From Azolla caroliniana (lineage: Eukaryota; Plantae; Polypodiophyta), in assembly GCA_043228905.1 (NCBI GenBank), contig JBHGNT010000008.1:10726001-10790000 (forward strand): a stretch of 64,000 bases of DNA, in the 5' to 3' direction. This document shows, in pieces, positions 25,701 to 38,772 of this stretch. The number at the start of each line of letters is the position of its first letter. The stretch's first letter is position 1. Under the pieces are notes generated by a model. That model saw only the letters and a list, made by a program, of their open reading frames with translations. It did no database searches and was not told the DNA's origin. Position numbers and translations under genes: made by a program.

Positions 25701-27212
25701 ATTGAAGGCATCGGACATGCTGACTTGTTGCCTTTTCGAATTCCGTTTTGAATTTTTGGAAGTGTCTGAACACTTCACTCTTTTGTTGCATGGGGTAAAT
25801 CCAGGTGTGCCTAGAGAAGTTGTCGATAAACGTGACATAGTATCGGCATCCGCCGAATGTGGCTGTCTGTGCCGGTGCCCATACATCTGAATGTACAACA
25901 TCCAAGATCCCTTTGGTCATGGTCCTCTCTTTCGGGAATGGTTGTCGGTGTTGTTCATCGAACTAACAGGCTTCACATACACGTATCATCTCCTTTTCGG
26001 TAAAAGTCGGGAGGTTCACATACACTGCATGCCTTTGAGCTTCTGGAGGTTGATGTGGCCAATTTGTTCATGCCATAGTTTTAAGTCAGTTTTGACTTTG
26101 AGGCATTTTGCAAACATAGCCGACTTCACCTCATTCAATTCGAGGATGAACATTTGGTGTTCTCTTTGACGTGAACTACTAGTCGACCTTCTTTCTCAAT
26201 AAAGCACCTGGTGTTGTTGAATTGTACATGTATGCCTTGTTCGACAATCTGGCCGATCGAGACTAGGTTTTTCGTGATGGTTGGGACATGCAAGAAGTTC
26301 TTCAGGTAGGTTTGTTTGCTATCATTTCCAATATGCTGAATCGGGTTCGACATAGCCGGGTCGATTGGGCTTTCTCAACTCTTGGAACTAATCTTCGTGA
26401 AACGTCATGTGATTGGACGCCCTAGAGTCTACAAACCATTCATTGTCTGAGGAAGAGGTGCTAGTCGGGTTTTGTGCCGAAATTGAATGTGCCTTGAGCC
26501 TCATTACGAACATTCATGGCATAATAGTCGGAATTCATAGCATAGTTTGTGAGTTGTTGGCTAGTCGAAGCCAAATCTCGTTTCTTCTTTCCTCTTCATA
26601 GTGGCCAAGTTTTCCACAATACCCACATTCGATTGGGCTATTTTGATGGCTCGTTTTGACAAGATGGCTCCCCCTTCTTCTGAACTCCCCAGGAGTGTTT
26701 CTGGCCTCTTGCCGATGATGAGAATTGTGTTCTCAGGTCGGCTGACCCTATCAGCCTCTGTTTCCTCGGCTGAATCCTCTTCCATCATCCAATTGGGAGT
26801 AGATTATCTGACCATTGGGGGCATTGCTCCTTTGTCGGGCATGATTTCTTCAACCAATAGTATCGATTGAAGGTCAAAAAAGGAGGGAGGATTCTCCCTT
26901 GCAAAAAGGACCGATTTGATCGTGCTGAATTGTGGTGCTAGGTTGCCCAGGCATATTTGCACCATTTCATCATCATCAATTATGACATTGATAGACTAGA
27001 GGGCATCACACATATCCTTGATCTTCAATGTATAGTTGGTGATTGACATGTCCCTCTGTTGCATGTTATTCAACTTCTGTCGGAGTTCGAGCTTACATGC
27101 TAGTGTGTTGGCTGCGAAGATTTTCTTGAGGTTGGCTCAAGCTTCCTTTCACGTTTTCGCCTCTCAAATATAGCCGAGCATATGATCATGAACGCATAAT
27201 GCAAGGCAATAT

Positions 27213-30200
27213 TGTTGAGGACTGAGGCCGTCAGTACGGAAACATCAACAACAACTTGATATGAAGATCACCAAGTACATAAGTCAAAGGCAAGATCAGA
27301 GAACAGTATATGAGAGAGAGAAACAAAGAGGCACACAATGTAACAATTTATTGAGAATAGTTATAGATACAATGGAGGTAACGATTCTCTCGCAATAGCA
27401 ACAACAACGAACTAGGTTACAAAGTCCATTATATACTAATTGGGCTAGGGCAACTGCCCTTTGACATATATACAAAATTGTTCTAAATCTAGTTTGTCCA
27501 AGATACAATGTGAATACGACCATTATAGACCAGTATTTGACACTCCCCTGTAATGGGCATATAGAACGGAAATTTGTAATAAAGAAAGCAAGTAGACAAT
27601 ACATATTTTTTACAAGGTCGTCAAATAAATCAAATTTCTATTCGAGTCGGCAAACTCTGAAAAATAGGAGGCCGAATTGGGCCAGGGTCGGAGGAGCTGA
27701 GGCCGAACCTCGAACTGTCGATGATGATTGTTTGAAATCATCCCGACTGTCCGACTCAATCAGACTCATTCTTCATTATGCTCATGTGGTGCTGAAGGGA
27801 TCGAAATTGATCCGCCGAAAGGCACTTAGTCATCCCATTTGCGACATTATTAGTTGTAGGTATTTTCTCGAGACCAATTTTCCCTGAAATGACGCAGTCC
27901 TGAACAAAGTGATATTGAACGTTGATATACTTGGAGGTGTTGTTATGAACCGGATTTTTTGATAGAGCAACATCACCTTGACTTTTGTTGTAGACCATTG
28001 GAGCCGAGTCAGAGTCGACTTGTTGAAATGTGTGTGCCAACCGACCGAGCCATAAAACCTCTTTCGTCGCATCGGACGTGGCTACATATTCGGCCTTGGT
28101 TGTTGATGTGGCAGTGCACTCCTGAAGTTTCGATTTCCACGAAATTGCTCCATTGCCGTATTTGAAGCAGTATTCGGTTGTTGATTTTCAGCTGTTCACA
28201 CAACCAACGAAATCTAAGTCGGTGTAACTGACTACACCTGAATTTTTGTTCGGATCGAAGAGGATGCAAAGGTCTTGTGTGCCCACTAGGTATCTGAATA
28301 CATGCTTAATTGCATTCCAATGCGATCGACCTTTGTTGTGCGTGAATCTGCTGACGACTCCTACGACATGAGCAATATCATGCTATGTCATGACTATCAC
28401 GTATATCAAGGAGCCGACTGTCGGTGAATACGATACTGACTTCATAATCTCCCCCTCCGGACCGGATCTTAGGTAGTCTCGTTGAGATAGCCGAAGGTTA
28501 ATGGGGAGTGGGGTCGAAACAAATTTGGCCTATTGCATGTTGAAGCGCTCTAAGACACACTAGATGTAGTCGGCTTGAGACAAGAATAGTTGTTGTTGAT
28601 TCCGGAGCCGACTAATCTTCATACCGAGAATGTTTCGAGTAGGACCTAGGTTCTTCATTGCAAACTTCAACCGCAATTGCCGAATAAGATTGGCAAGCTC
28701 TCTAGCATGCTTGCCAGATAGTAGCATGTGAGGCACATATAAGATGAGGAAGATGGGTGACCCATCTTGAGTTGTTTTCGCAAAGAGGCAAGAGTCCTCA
28801 TTGCTCTTAGAGAAGCCAATTGATTGGAAAGTCGTCAAACTTCTTGTACCATGGCCTTGGTGCTTGATTGAGACTATAGAGACTCTTCTTACGTCGACAG
28901 ACTAGATGTTCCTGGCCGGATACTACAAAGCCTTTTGGCTGCTCCATATAAATAAATTTCCTCCTCTAGGTCACTATGGAGGAATGTCGTCTTTACACCT
29001 AGCTGAATCAGCTCCAGATCTTCAGTTGCCACTACGCCGAGCATAAATCAAAGGGTTGTCCTTTTCACCACTAGTGAAAAGATCTCGTCGAAATCGACAC
29101 CATATTCTTGTTGAAAACCATTCGCTCCTAACATGGTCGTGTACTTTGGGGCAGCTGAATTGGACGTCTCTTTGATTCGATAGACCCATTTGCATGGAAG
29201 AGCACATTGATTCATCAGTAAATCAACCAAGTACCAAGTCTTATTTTCCCGAATAGAGTTCATTTCTGACTCCATCGCCAAATGCCATGTGGCCGAATTG
29301 GCTGATGCCGATGCTTCTTCGTATGATGTCAGTTCGCGGGCATCTGTAAAAAAGATTCTAGGAGAGTACCTCTCTAGGGGCTGCGATAGTCTCTCAGATC
29401 TTTGAGGTATGACTGAACTGGTTGCATTGGGTGTCGGAGTCGGATGGTCCAAAGCCAAATCATTCGGCTGTGCCGAGTCGGGGCTTGAGAATTCAGCTAT
29501 TCGTGAAGCCGACCTTGTGTTATGGACTGGGCCTTTGTGAAGGGTTGGCACGTCTGGGAAAACTACCATTAGGACTTCAATAAGCCTTTCGGCCATCTTA
29601 TGCATAGCCGACTCATTGAACACTACGTCCGAACTTCGGATGATCTATCTGTGCTCGGGGTCCCAAAGTTAGTATCTGAACTCGCCGTTTGGTTCATAAC
29701 CGAGGAAAATGCATTTCCTAGTCCGTGGTGCAAGTTTGCGGCGGTCGTCTTTCGATATGAGGGTGTATGCGTTGCATCTGAAAATCCTTAGCTTGTCATA
29801 GTTTGACTTACTGCCGGTCCATAATTCCTGAGATATTCGACGTCCTAGAGGCCTACTCGATGACATATTGATTATGTGTCTTGTCATAAGTAGGGCCTTT
29901 GCCCAGAAGCCATCTGATAGTCTAGAGTGTTGGAGCATGGATACTATCCTTTCTTGAATTGTCCAATTCATTCGCTTTGCAGTTCCATTATGCTTTGGAC
30001 TATATAGTGCCGTATATTCACGTCGAATGCCACATTGTCGGCAAAATCTGACAAATTCTTCAGACTTGAATTCTCCTCCATTATCGGTTCTAAGTCTTTT
30101 TAGCTTTCGACCGGACTGGTTCTCTACCATAGCAAGCCATTCGGAAAAAATCGAGAACACTCGATCTTTGGTTTTGATCGGATAAGCCCACACCTTGCGA

Positions 30201-32870
30201 GTCAAGGGTAAATTTGACGAAGTTCAAGGCACCACCGAGAGACTAATGTGGCATAGGACCACAGACGTTTGAGTGGACCAAATGGAGTGGACTCAATTCT
30301 CTTGGTGCTGATGTCGGGTGTGATGCGGCTATTTGTTTGCCATACCAGCAATGCTCGTAGAATTGAGGATTGGAGAAAGAGAGTTTGGAGATATATCCGG
30401 CTCTGGATAAATGCATGAAGCAGGCCTTGCTAAGGTGTTCGGGTCGTCCATGCCATAATGATGTAGGAATATCAACTAGGAACAAGTCACCCTCTCTGAG
30501 TGTGACATATAACATGTACCGTGAATGTACTTTCGGTCCTCGAGGAAGCAGGAGGTTCCCCCTTTGGAGTGTCCACCCTCCTGATGAGAAGCTGGTACGG
30601 ATGCTGTCTTCGTCCAATTGTTTGACTGAGATCCAGGGTCTTGAGAGCTCAGGTACTAATGTAGAACCACCTAGGAGATTGAGTTCTACAGTGATGAACC
30701 ACCCGGGACTTGCTCCAACTTCGCTGATTGTTCGGTTGTTGGTAAGAACTTCTTCCTTGACTGTTCGATCGGTTAGTTGAACCTTGTACTACATAAGCTT
30801 CATCTTCGAATATTTTGTGAACGATTTCCTCTGAGTTGTTTCAGTCAATATTGCGCTCGTAACTTCGAAATACTTCACAATAGCAGCAGAAGCATTGCAC
30901 ACGGTTGTGAGGAAATTTTCCCACAAAGGGGGAAGACTACTCATGAGCAACATTGCTCTTAGTTCATCCTGAATTGTCATCCCTTGAGCCAAATCTGGGC
31001 GCTTAAGCTTTTGTACTCGTTCAGGTGTGCGTGGACCGAGTCAGAATCTTTCATCCGAAGGTTGTAAAGGCACCGAATCAGATATATCTTCATGGAGGCA
31101 ACCTTCTTCTCATAAGTGTTCGACAATGTCTTCCATAGTTGAAAGGTTGTTAACACGATTGCACTGTGAAGTGCACTAACTCCGACAAGTGCATATGAAT
31201 GGTGGCTTGGACAATTCTGTTGAGTTTTGTCCACTCATTTCGTTTTTGATTTGATCTATCTAACCCTTGACTATTAGATAGTCTTGCATCTTCTCCTTCT
31301 AGAAGTTGAAGTTTGATTCGTCGAACTTCCTTAGACTCATCTGTAATGAGCCAGATGTTTATGCCATCTGTGTCGGCTTGTTAGACTGTTCGGAGTTGAC
31401 AACAAACGGTGGTGGGATGCATCCGACTAGCTTACCCGATATTTTTCTAGTCGGATTCAAACACGAGTCGAATCGATTTCAACTTGTTGGCGGATTTTGT
31501 CCGAAGTGGTTACAATCGATTGAGTTAGCCGAATTGGACACGAATGCACCGATTAGGTGATTGGATTTCGAATGTCAATTTCAAGAAAATACCAGTCACA
31601 AATTATATGCCAGTTATCCAGGTCAATCCTGCTTCGTATGGCTATGACGATGAGAGGGACAGAGCCGACTGGTCCTCCCAAATGTTGTCTAGTCGAATGT
31701 GTGCGGAATAACCCTCGACCACAACCAAGACTCAAACACTTTATGAGAGAATAAAACAGAAATGGGGGTTCGTACACTTGCAGAGAAGAGACAACACCAG
31801 ATGTTTACGTGGAAAAACCTAATAAGGAAAAACCACGGGAACCCACAGACTCCAACCATCACTATATGAGAAAGGAGGTACAATAGGAGACTCAAAGGCA
31901 ATGACCTCGTGCTCTGTAACTTTGCCAACCGGTGATTTCTCTTCTCTCTCTCTCTTTGTACAACTATAATACAACTAACAACAACAACAACCACCACCTG
32001 ATTGCCCTAAGTCATATTTATACTTATATGACTTTAAGAATATTTACAAATATAGCCTTTACAAGCACACCAGAAACATATTTGCAGATATGTCCTTGGA
32101 TCCGTTTCACACCGGATCCATCCAAATACCTTCCGGTCCAATCCGGTTGTTGCATCCGGTCCGGTTCCTTCCTTCGGCTCCTCCGGATCTCATCCGGATC
32201 CCACCTGGAGGGATCGAATTCCCAATAGAATGAAGCACGGATAGGGGTTGTTCCTAGGACAAGTTCTGCTTTAAGTGATTACGACAAGCAAGTAGATTGT
32301 GTCTAGCCTAGTAAAACACAATCTCGAAGGCTGAGTTGATGGAGATTCCACTCCTAGCGGCTCCAATCACAGGCTTACCTTAAGGGTGATCTAGCGAAGC
32401 AGAGTGTGAATCTTCAGATTTCTTTCTCTACTCTAGATGAGATATTGAACTTAAGTTCTTGAAGGGAGATGAAGCAAGAATGTTGTTGAAGGCTGATGAC
32501 GGCTGGCAACGAGTTGAAGAACCTCAGCTCTAATACCAGATGTTGAGAACTGAGGCTGTCAGTGCGGAAACATCAACAACATCTTGATATGAAGGTCACC
32601 GAGTACACAAGTCAAAGGCAAGATCAAAGAACAGAATGAGAGAAAAAGAGACAAAGAGGCACACAATGTAACGGTTTATTCAGAATAGTTACAGATACAA
32701 TGGAGGCAACGACTCTCTCACAATAGAAACAACAACGAACTAGGTTACAAAGCCCATTATATACTAACTGGGCTAGGGCAACTACCCTTTGACATATTTA
32801 CAGAATTTTCCTAAATCTAGTTTCTCCAAGATACAATGTGAATATGACCATTATAGACCAATATTCGACA
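27213..32870 (-). mobile_element. Copia element I with both LTRs (27213-27542 and 32541-32870), decayed
   Basis: 330-bp LTRs, about 90% identical. TSD AATAT/AATAC. PBS-like GCTCTAATACCA at 32527-32538, PPT at 27543. Gag KFDESNFNF, INT LRTDNGGEF, RT and RH remnants. Confidence 0.92.
31700..32227 (-). mobile_element. Solo LTR (528 bp, A/D/L-related) in the leader of element I
   Basis: TSD GAATG at 31695-31699 and 32228-32232; shares the GTGGAAAAACC...GGAAAAACCACGGG and CCCTAAGTCATATTTATACT motifs. Confidence 0.88.
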
Positions 32871-32998
32871 AATACAACACACGGCTTGTGTCCTGCTCCT
32901 AAACTGGGTAGTCGACGTGTGTTGGGTTGTGTTCTGTTTTGTAAGCTCCCTCAATATAGCTCCAATAAGCTTGTCCAACAAGGTATTCATACCATCTT

Positions 32999-33132
32999 TG
33001 TTGAGAGACAAGCTCAAAATAGGACGAATCAACTGAAGAAATCGAGAGCCAAGGGCCGAATCGAATAGAGTTCGATTCGGGTGTGCCGAGTTGGATGAAA
33101 TTTGAAAAAGGCCGTTGAGGACCTATATTCCT
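32999..33132 (+). mobile_element. Truncated LTR J (B-related)
   Basis: Begins TGTTGAGAGACAAGCTCAA like the B LTR terminus; cut by LTR K. Confidence 0.65.
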
Positions 33133-33533
33133 TGTTGAGAGTCAAGCTCAACCTAACATTGTGTGTGAACACACCCTTTGAGAATCTATGAACACTCAAA
33201 GGTCAAGAGTCACACCACTCTCTACACATTAACTATTGTTAAGATTTCAGTCCCTCCGGATGGAATATGAGTACCTGGCAAGGAAGACCCAGTGAGAACC
33301 GGATGACGAGTACCCAACAAGGAAGACCCAATGAGAACCAAATGTTGCAGACACGGTGAGAACCTCTCACCGGATGAAGGGACATATATGTAAATATGTT
33401 TCTGTTAACCCATTGTGGCTATATTTGTAAATAGCCCGAAAGTCATACTAGTATAAATATGACCTAAGGCAACTAGAGCGTGTAGTCATTATTTTTGTAT
33501 AGAGTTATTGGTGTAACTGTTGTACAGAGCGTA

Positions 33534-33579
<46 letters not shown>

Positions 33580-36500
33580 GTGTGTCTCTGTTGTAACCAC
33601 CGCTAGGCGAAGAGGTCGTGGCCTCTATGTTCATCTGTTGTATTCCTCTCTACATAGTGATAGTTGGAGTTTGGGGACTCCCGTGGTTTTTCCCATTTTA
33701 GGGTTTTCCACGTTAACATCCTGTGCATTCTCTTCTGTCTGTGTAACCTACTTCCATTTCTTATCTTTCTGTGTTTGATTATCATTGAAGTGATCTAAGT
33801 CTTGGTAGTGTCCGAAGATTATTCCGCATAGTTCTTGTCAATCTATTATTAGAGCGAAACGACATAGAAAAATGGAAGATTCGTTGGGAGGCATGTTCAA
33901 GCTCACCGGCTCCAACTACTCAGTGTGGAAGTCGAAGATGAGGGACATGCTCATGGTTAAAGATCTTTGGTTTCCGGTTCAGTTCGGGGACAAGAGACCG
34001 GACAAGATCGATGCCACGATATGGGAGGTGATGCACATGAAGACAACGACGTACATACGGTGCTTCATCGACATGAGCATGTACAACAACTTTAATGAGG
34101 AGAGTAAGGCTCATGAGCTCTGGGAGAAGATCAACATTATGTCCCAGAACAAAAATGTTGTTAATTGGTTTTTGGTATTCCAGAAACTCGTGTGGCTCCG
34201 GTACCAAGATGGCTCTAGCATGGCGGAGCACATGAATGCCTTCTAGGGGCTGATTCACCAAGCAACATCGTTGGAAATACCTCTTGACGATGAGGTACTA
34301 GCAATGCTCCTGCTCAGTTCCCTCCCGGATAGCTTGAGACGTTGGTTGTCACTTTGGGCAACGCCGGGCCAGAAGGAAAACAGTTATCCCTAGCAAGAGT
34401 CAAGTCAAGCTTGCTAGATGAGGAGGCGCGCCGGAAAGACAAGGAGGTGATCTCCAACTCCAAAGCGCTCCTTACCGAATCGGAACGCGGAAGACAAAGG
34501 ATTGGAGTCCCCAGAACCGGGAAACGTCGGGGACCCGGTCAAAGTCAAGGGGGAGGCCCACTTGCCTCTATTGTAGCAAGTCGGGGCACTTCCAGAAGAA
34601 TTGTCGGCATTTCCGGAAAGACAAGTGAACCGACAGTACCGATTCGAAGCGGTCACCATACTGAAACGGTAAAGACCAGAGGGGACCGGACCGGAAGGGA
34701 ATGATGACAATCGCGACAAGTGAAGAAGAGTTAATGCTCATCACCAAGGAGAGTGATTGAACCTTGCTAGCGACGAGACAACATGGGTTGTCGATTCCGG
34801 AGCGACTTTCCACTTGACCCCGGACCGGAAATGCTTCTCATCCTACACAGCCGGTGAGTACGGCTGTGTCCGGATGGGGAATGAAGGTACATGCTGAATT
34901 GTCGGCATAGGAGACGTTTGGTTGACGACATCAACGGGATGCAAGTTGTTGCTGAAGGATGTCTGACACGTTCTGGAGGTTTGACTGAACCTAATATCAG
35001 CCAGTCGGCTAGACGATGAAAGCTACACGGGTAGCATCCGGAACGGTGTCATGAAATTCACCAAAGGGAGCCTGATAGTGGCTCGGGCCTGGAAAATCAA
35101 CACACTGTACTTGATGAATGCCTGGATATGCCCGGAAGAAGTGAACGTTGCTTCCGACACTGCCGGTGAGATGTGGCACAAGAGACTGTGTCACATGAGC
35201 GAGAAGGGGTTGAAGAGGCTTGCCGATGACAACCTCATTCCGGTGAAAGACGTGCATTTTGAGAAGTGCACCGACTGCCTGGCCGGTAAGCAAAACCGAA
35301 CCTCCTTCCGCTCAAGGGCACCGATGAGATGTAATGCACCACTGGAGCTGGTGCATACCGATGTGTGTCAAGTGGACATGAAGTCACATGCTGGAGCGGA
35401 GTACTTCGTGATGTTCATAGATGACCATAGCTGGAAGCTCTGGGCCACACCTGGAAGCTATGGGCCACACTACTGAAGACGAAGGATCAGGTGTTATCTG
35501 TCTTCAAGGAGCTCCACGCGAGAGTGGAAATAGAAACTGGTCGGAAGCTGAAGGCGGTTCGAGCAGATAATGGAGGAGAATACCGGGGGTGCCGCTCGAA
35601 GGGAATCCGACTCGAATTTACCGTGCCGAAGACGCCAGTGCTAAACAGAATGGCTGAGAGGATGAACTGGACCATAATGGAGAGGGTCCGAAGTATGCTG
35701 ACACATGCAAAGTTACCCAAGACGTTTTGGGCTGAGTCGCTGGTGACGGCCACGTACGTGATAAATAGATCACCCTCAGTGCCCTTGGATGGAGACACGC
35801 TGCAGAGAGTGTGGACCGGTAAGGATGTGTCTTACCGGCATCTGGAGGTTTTCAGGTGTCTCGCTTACGTGCATGTTGCAAAGGACCGGAGAGCAAAGTT
35901 GGATCCAAAGTCCCGGCCTTGCATATTCCTCGGATACGGCGATGATGAGTTCGGCTACCGAGTGTGGGATCCGGTCGACAAGAAGGTTTTCCGGAGTCGA
36001 GATATTATCTTCATGGAGGACAAGACCCTTGCCGACTGGGAGTTGGAGAAGAAGATAATGAACTCTGAGTCGATCGGTAAGGATCGGGTCGATGAGATAC
36101 GAACCTATGACTATGTGTCAAAGAATCATATCCTATGACACATAACTAATGAGTTCCATATTCCCCAGGACTAATGAGTCTTCACAATCCTCAAGATTCT
36201 CGTGGGAGAGTGGACATTGTAGTGAGTTAATGAAGAGAGAGGGTGACCTTATTATATAAAGCACCGTCCTCCTACTTCATATAGTATCGGTTGTGATTCC
36301 TTGTAATGCTACATTTTGTATTTGCTATTCTCCTTGTCAATATACAACTTCTTCTTGTGTACTTCATTTGTATTTTCATCTATTTATCTTGTGTTTTCTC
36401 GTCTCTCCTCTCTTTCCTCTCACACATACACATAACACACATTTCTTTCGCTGCACAAGAATCATATCCAATTCTTTACATGGTATCAGAGCGGTTTGGT

Positions 36501-36766
36501 AGGTCGATCTAGCCCATCCGCGTGTGTTGTGCTCTACGTCGACGTTCAAGAAGAACCGGCTCATCGCTATCATAGTGCAATTACATAGCTCATGTTCCAG
36601 AGAGAAGGAAAAGAAAAAGGAAATCTTCATTGACAATGAATACTCAAATGTGGAGCGCTCTCGCTAGCGAGAAGTTGGATGGAAACCACTTTGCATCTTG
36701 GGAGTATAAGATGCACCAATACCTTATTGGCCAAGGCCATTGGAGCTACATCAAAGGAGCACAAGA
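33133..36766 (+). mobile_element. Copia element K (G-related), 5' part: LTR split into 33133-33236 and 36110-36480 by element D; PBS 36481-36492; gag start 36636
   Basis: The two LTR pieces align to the G1 LTR when joined; TGGTATCAGAGC; MNTQMWSALASEKLDGNHFASW. Confidence 0.85.
33237..36109 (+). mobile_element. Copia element D (same family as A), 3'-truncated: LTR 33237-33840, gag, PR, INT
   Basis: Gag MEDSLGGMFKLTGSNYSVWK at 33872; integrase to about 36100; (GA)n in the LTR; flanked by ACTAT at 33232-33236 and 36110-36114. Confidence 0.92.
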
Positions 36767-36768
36767 TT

Positions 36769-37981
36769 CTATGCCGGCTGGTCGGAAGGAAGGTCCTTGT
36801 GTAATTCATCTTTAGCGTCGTCCTGCAAATTATCAAACAGGGAAGGTTCGTGTTGTTGGCTCTCCTCGTCTTCGTCATCTGAATCTGCAGGTTGTTGTGT
36901 ATCCTCGGTCGATGGTCGTAGTCGTGGTGTTGCAACTGCCTCTGGTGCCCTGAGCCCTGGAATTTGGCTTTGTCTTTCGGCTTCAAAGGTGTCCAACTGA
37001 ATAGTTGCGTCGATCTCATGATTATCGAATTCCTGCATGAGTCGACTAACTTCTTCGTGGTGACAAGTTGCCATGTCGTACAAATCTTTAGCAATATCTT
37101 CTTGAACAGTTGATATTGCTTCTTCCGTCATTTTGAAGAAGCCTTGTCCTTGTGCCTTCCGGTTGTCCCTGTCGGCTCGTAGAAGTTGAAGTTCTGCTTC
37201 TTGTGCCGACCAGGTCTTCCAACCTTTATCCATTGACTCGGTTACTATTTTCAAGGTCTTGAGTTTGTGGCATTTCAATATTGTGCGTATCTTTTCCTCG
37301 CCCATACTCATCCGGAACTGTGCTTCTGCCAATGCCTTCCGAAAATTAGTGACTTGTGCTTTGGTTGCACCTTCCGCCTGCATCAGTCGTGCTTGAGAAA
37401 CCAACAAGTCGAGTTGTCGTTGTTCGGAGATGGCTTCCAGGTTTGCAGACCGTTGTTCTAAATTCAATTTCCCAAATGCCCATTGCTGTTGCTCTCGAGC
37501 ATATTTCTCATTCAGTTGAGTGAGCAAAGTTTCCTTTTCCACTAGCTGTTCCGCGAAGTATGCCTCCTAGAACTTGACATACTCTTTGAGCTCTTCGACT
37601 TGTTCTGTGTGTTGGTGCGTGGTTTCCTGTTGTTGTCCTAATTGCCGGTGCATCCTTTGAATCAAATCGTCCTTTGCATCTAGTCATTTGCCGACTTCCG
37701 TTTTTGCTAATTGTAGCTGATCCTCTATTTTCTTTGATCGGTTTTTGACTTTCTCAGCTCTGGCTTCTGCCTCCTTAAGTGATGCTTCTACCTGTTGTAA
37801 TTTTTTTTGTAGGTCTGGATCAGACTCTAAGGTTCTGCTTCATGAAGTCTACTGCAACAATTCTTCCTTTGATTTCTGCAGTTGCTCTTCTGTTTGTCAA
37901 AGTTGTTTCGACAACTGCTGGTTTTCAGCTTGCTTACTTGTGCATTGAGCATTTGGCAGCAAGTTCATGTGCTGCTGGAGG
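36769..37981 (-). pseudogene. Diverged paralog fragment of the extra (post-pol) ORF of gypsy element N
   Basis: Colinear protein similarity to 44611-45930 (GWKxWxAQxAELQLLRADxxNRxxQGxGFFKM, MQEFD, QLDxxEAER, EPSxFD). PPAAHELAA at 37955-37981 matches 46054-46080. Confidence 0.9.
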
Positions 37982-38772
37982 CCTGAAGGTTGAAGACGAA
38001 TTGGAGACAACCAATTCAGACAAGAGTTGGAACGAATCAGAGGTAGCCAATTCGGAAGAGGAGTTTGATTCGGAGGAGCTGATTCAACAGAAGCCCAAAT
38101 GGATGAGCAGGCAGCGGAAGTCGACACCGACATGGAGGAACCAACGGGTCGAGAAGGGTTGAAGCTGCTACAGCGAATGAGCTGAGAAGGGCCTTATGAG
38201 TACACAAGCCAACCGAGAAGGTCGAGGTGCGCGGGACCGGATGTGTCAAGGAGTGCGAGCAAGGCAAGAAGACACCAGGAGGAGCTGGAGGAATGGAATG
38301 GTGGACACACAGGGTCATCCAACCTCAAGTTGATCTTGAGGGGAAGGATTCAGCGGGCAAGCTCAACCGGATCCGGATCGTCTAAATAAGCTAGAGTCGG
38401 ATTGGTATGCAGAACCTAGAGCCGGACCGGAGAACCAGATTGTACTCTAGAATAGTGAGACCCGGTAGGCTGTTGGAGCCTACGGTTCGAGCCTAGTACG
38501 TAGGCATATTCCTTGGAGTTAGTGTCAGTCGGTCATATGCGCATTGAAGTACATGTCAGTACTTCTATCAGTTCTTTTAAGGACTTCTATAAAAAGTGTT
38601 TTGTAGGACATTTGTTTATATACAGTGTTATTATTTTGAATTAAGTTTTCTGTTTTGCTCTCTCTCTCTCTCTCTCCCATGCACTGAAGCTTTCCATTAA
38701 ACCTTCATCACTGTGTGTTTCTGTTGTCTGGTTGAACCGGTTTGTCTACGCTTCCACACATTTTCGTTTTGA
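37982..38772 (+). mobile_element. 3' remnant of a B/M-family copia: acidic tail, PPT and decayed LTR (~38347-38772)
   Basis: EDELETTNSDKSWNESEVANSE matches the tails of B and M; CCTCAAGTTGATCTTGAGGGGAAG precedes an LTR resembling the M and B LTRs. Confidence 0.75.

Larger units (their letters stand above)
22763..32998 (-). mobile_element. Decayed copia element H: 3' LTR 22763-23032, internal 23033-27212 and 32871-32998; interrupted by element I; 5' end missing
   Basis: TG..CA 270-bp LTR, then PPT. RH, RT (YVDDL), INT, PR (WFVDSRAS) and gag remnants. Gag rejoins across element I (SRVLY|CLALCVHDHMLGYI). Confidence 0.88.
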
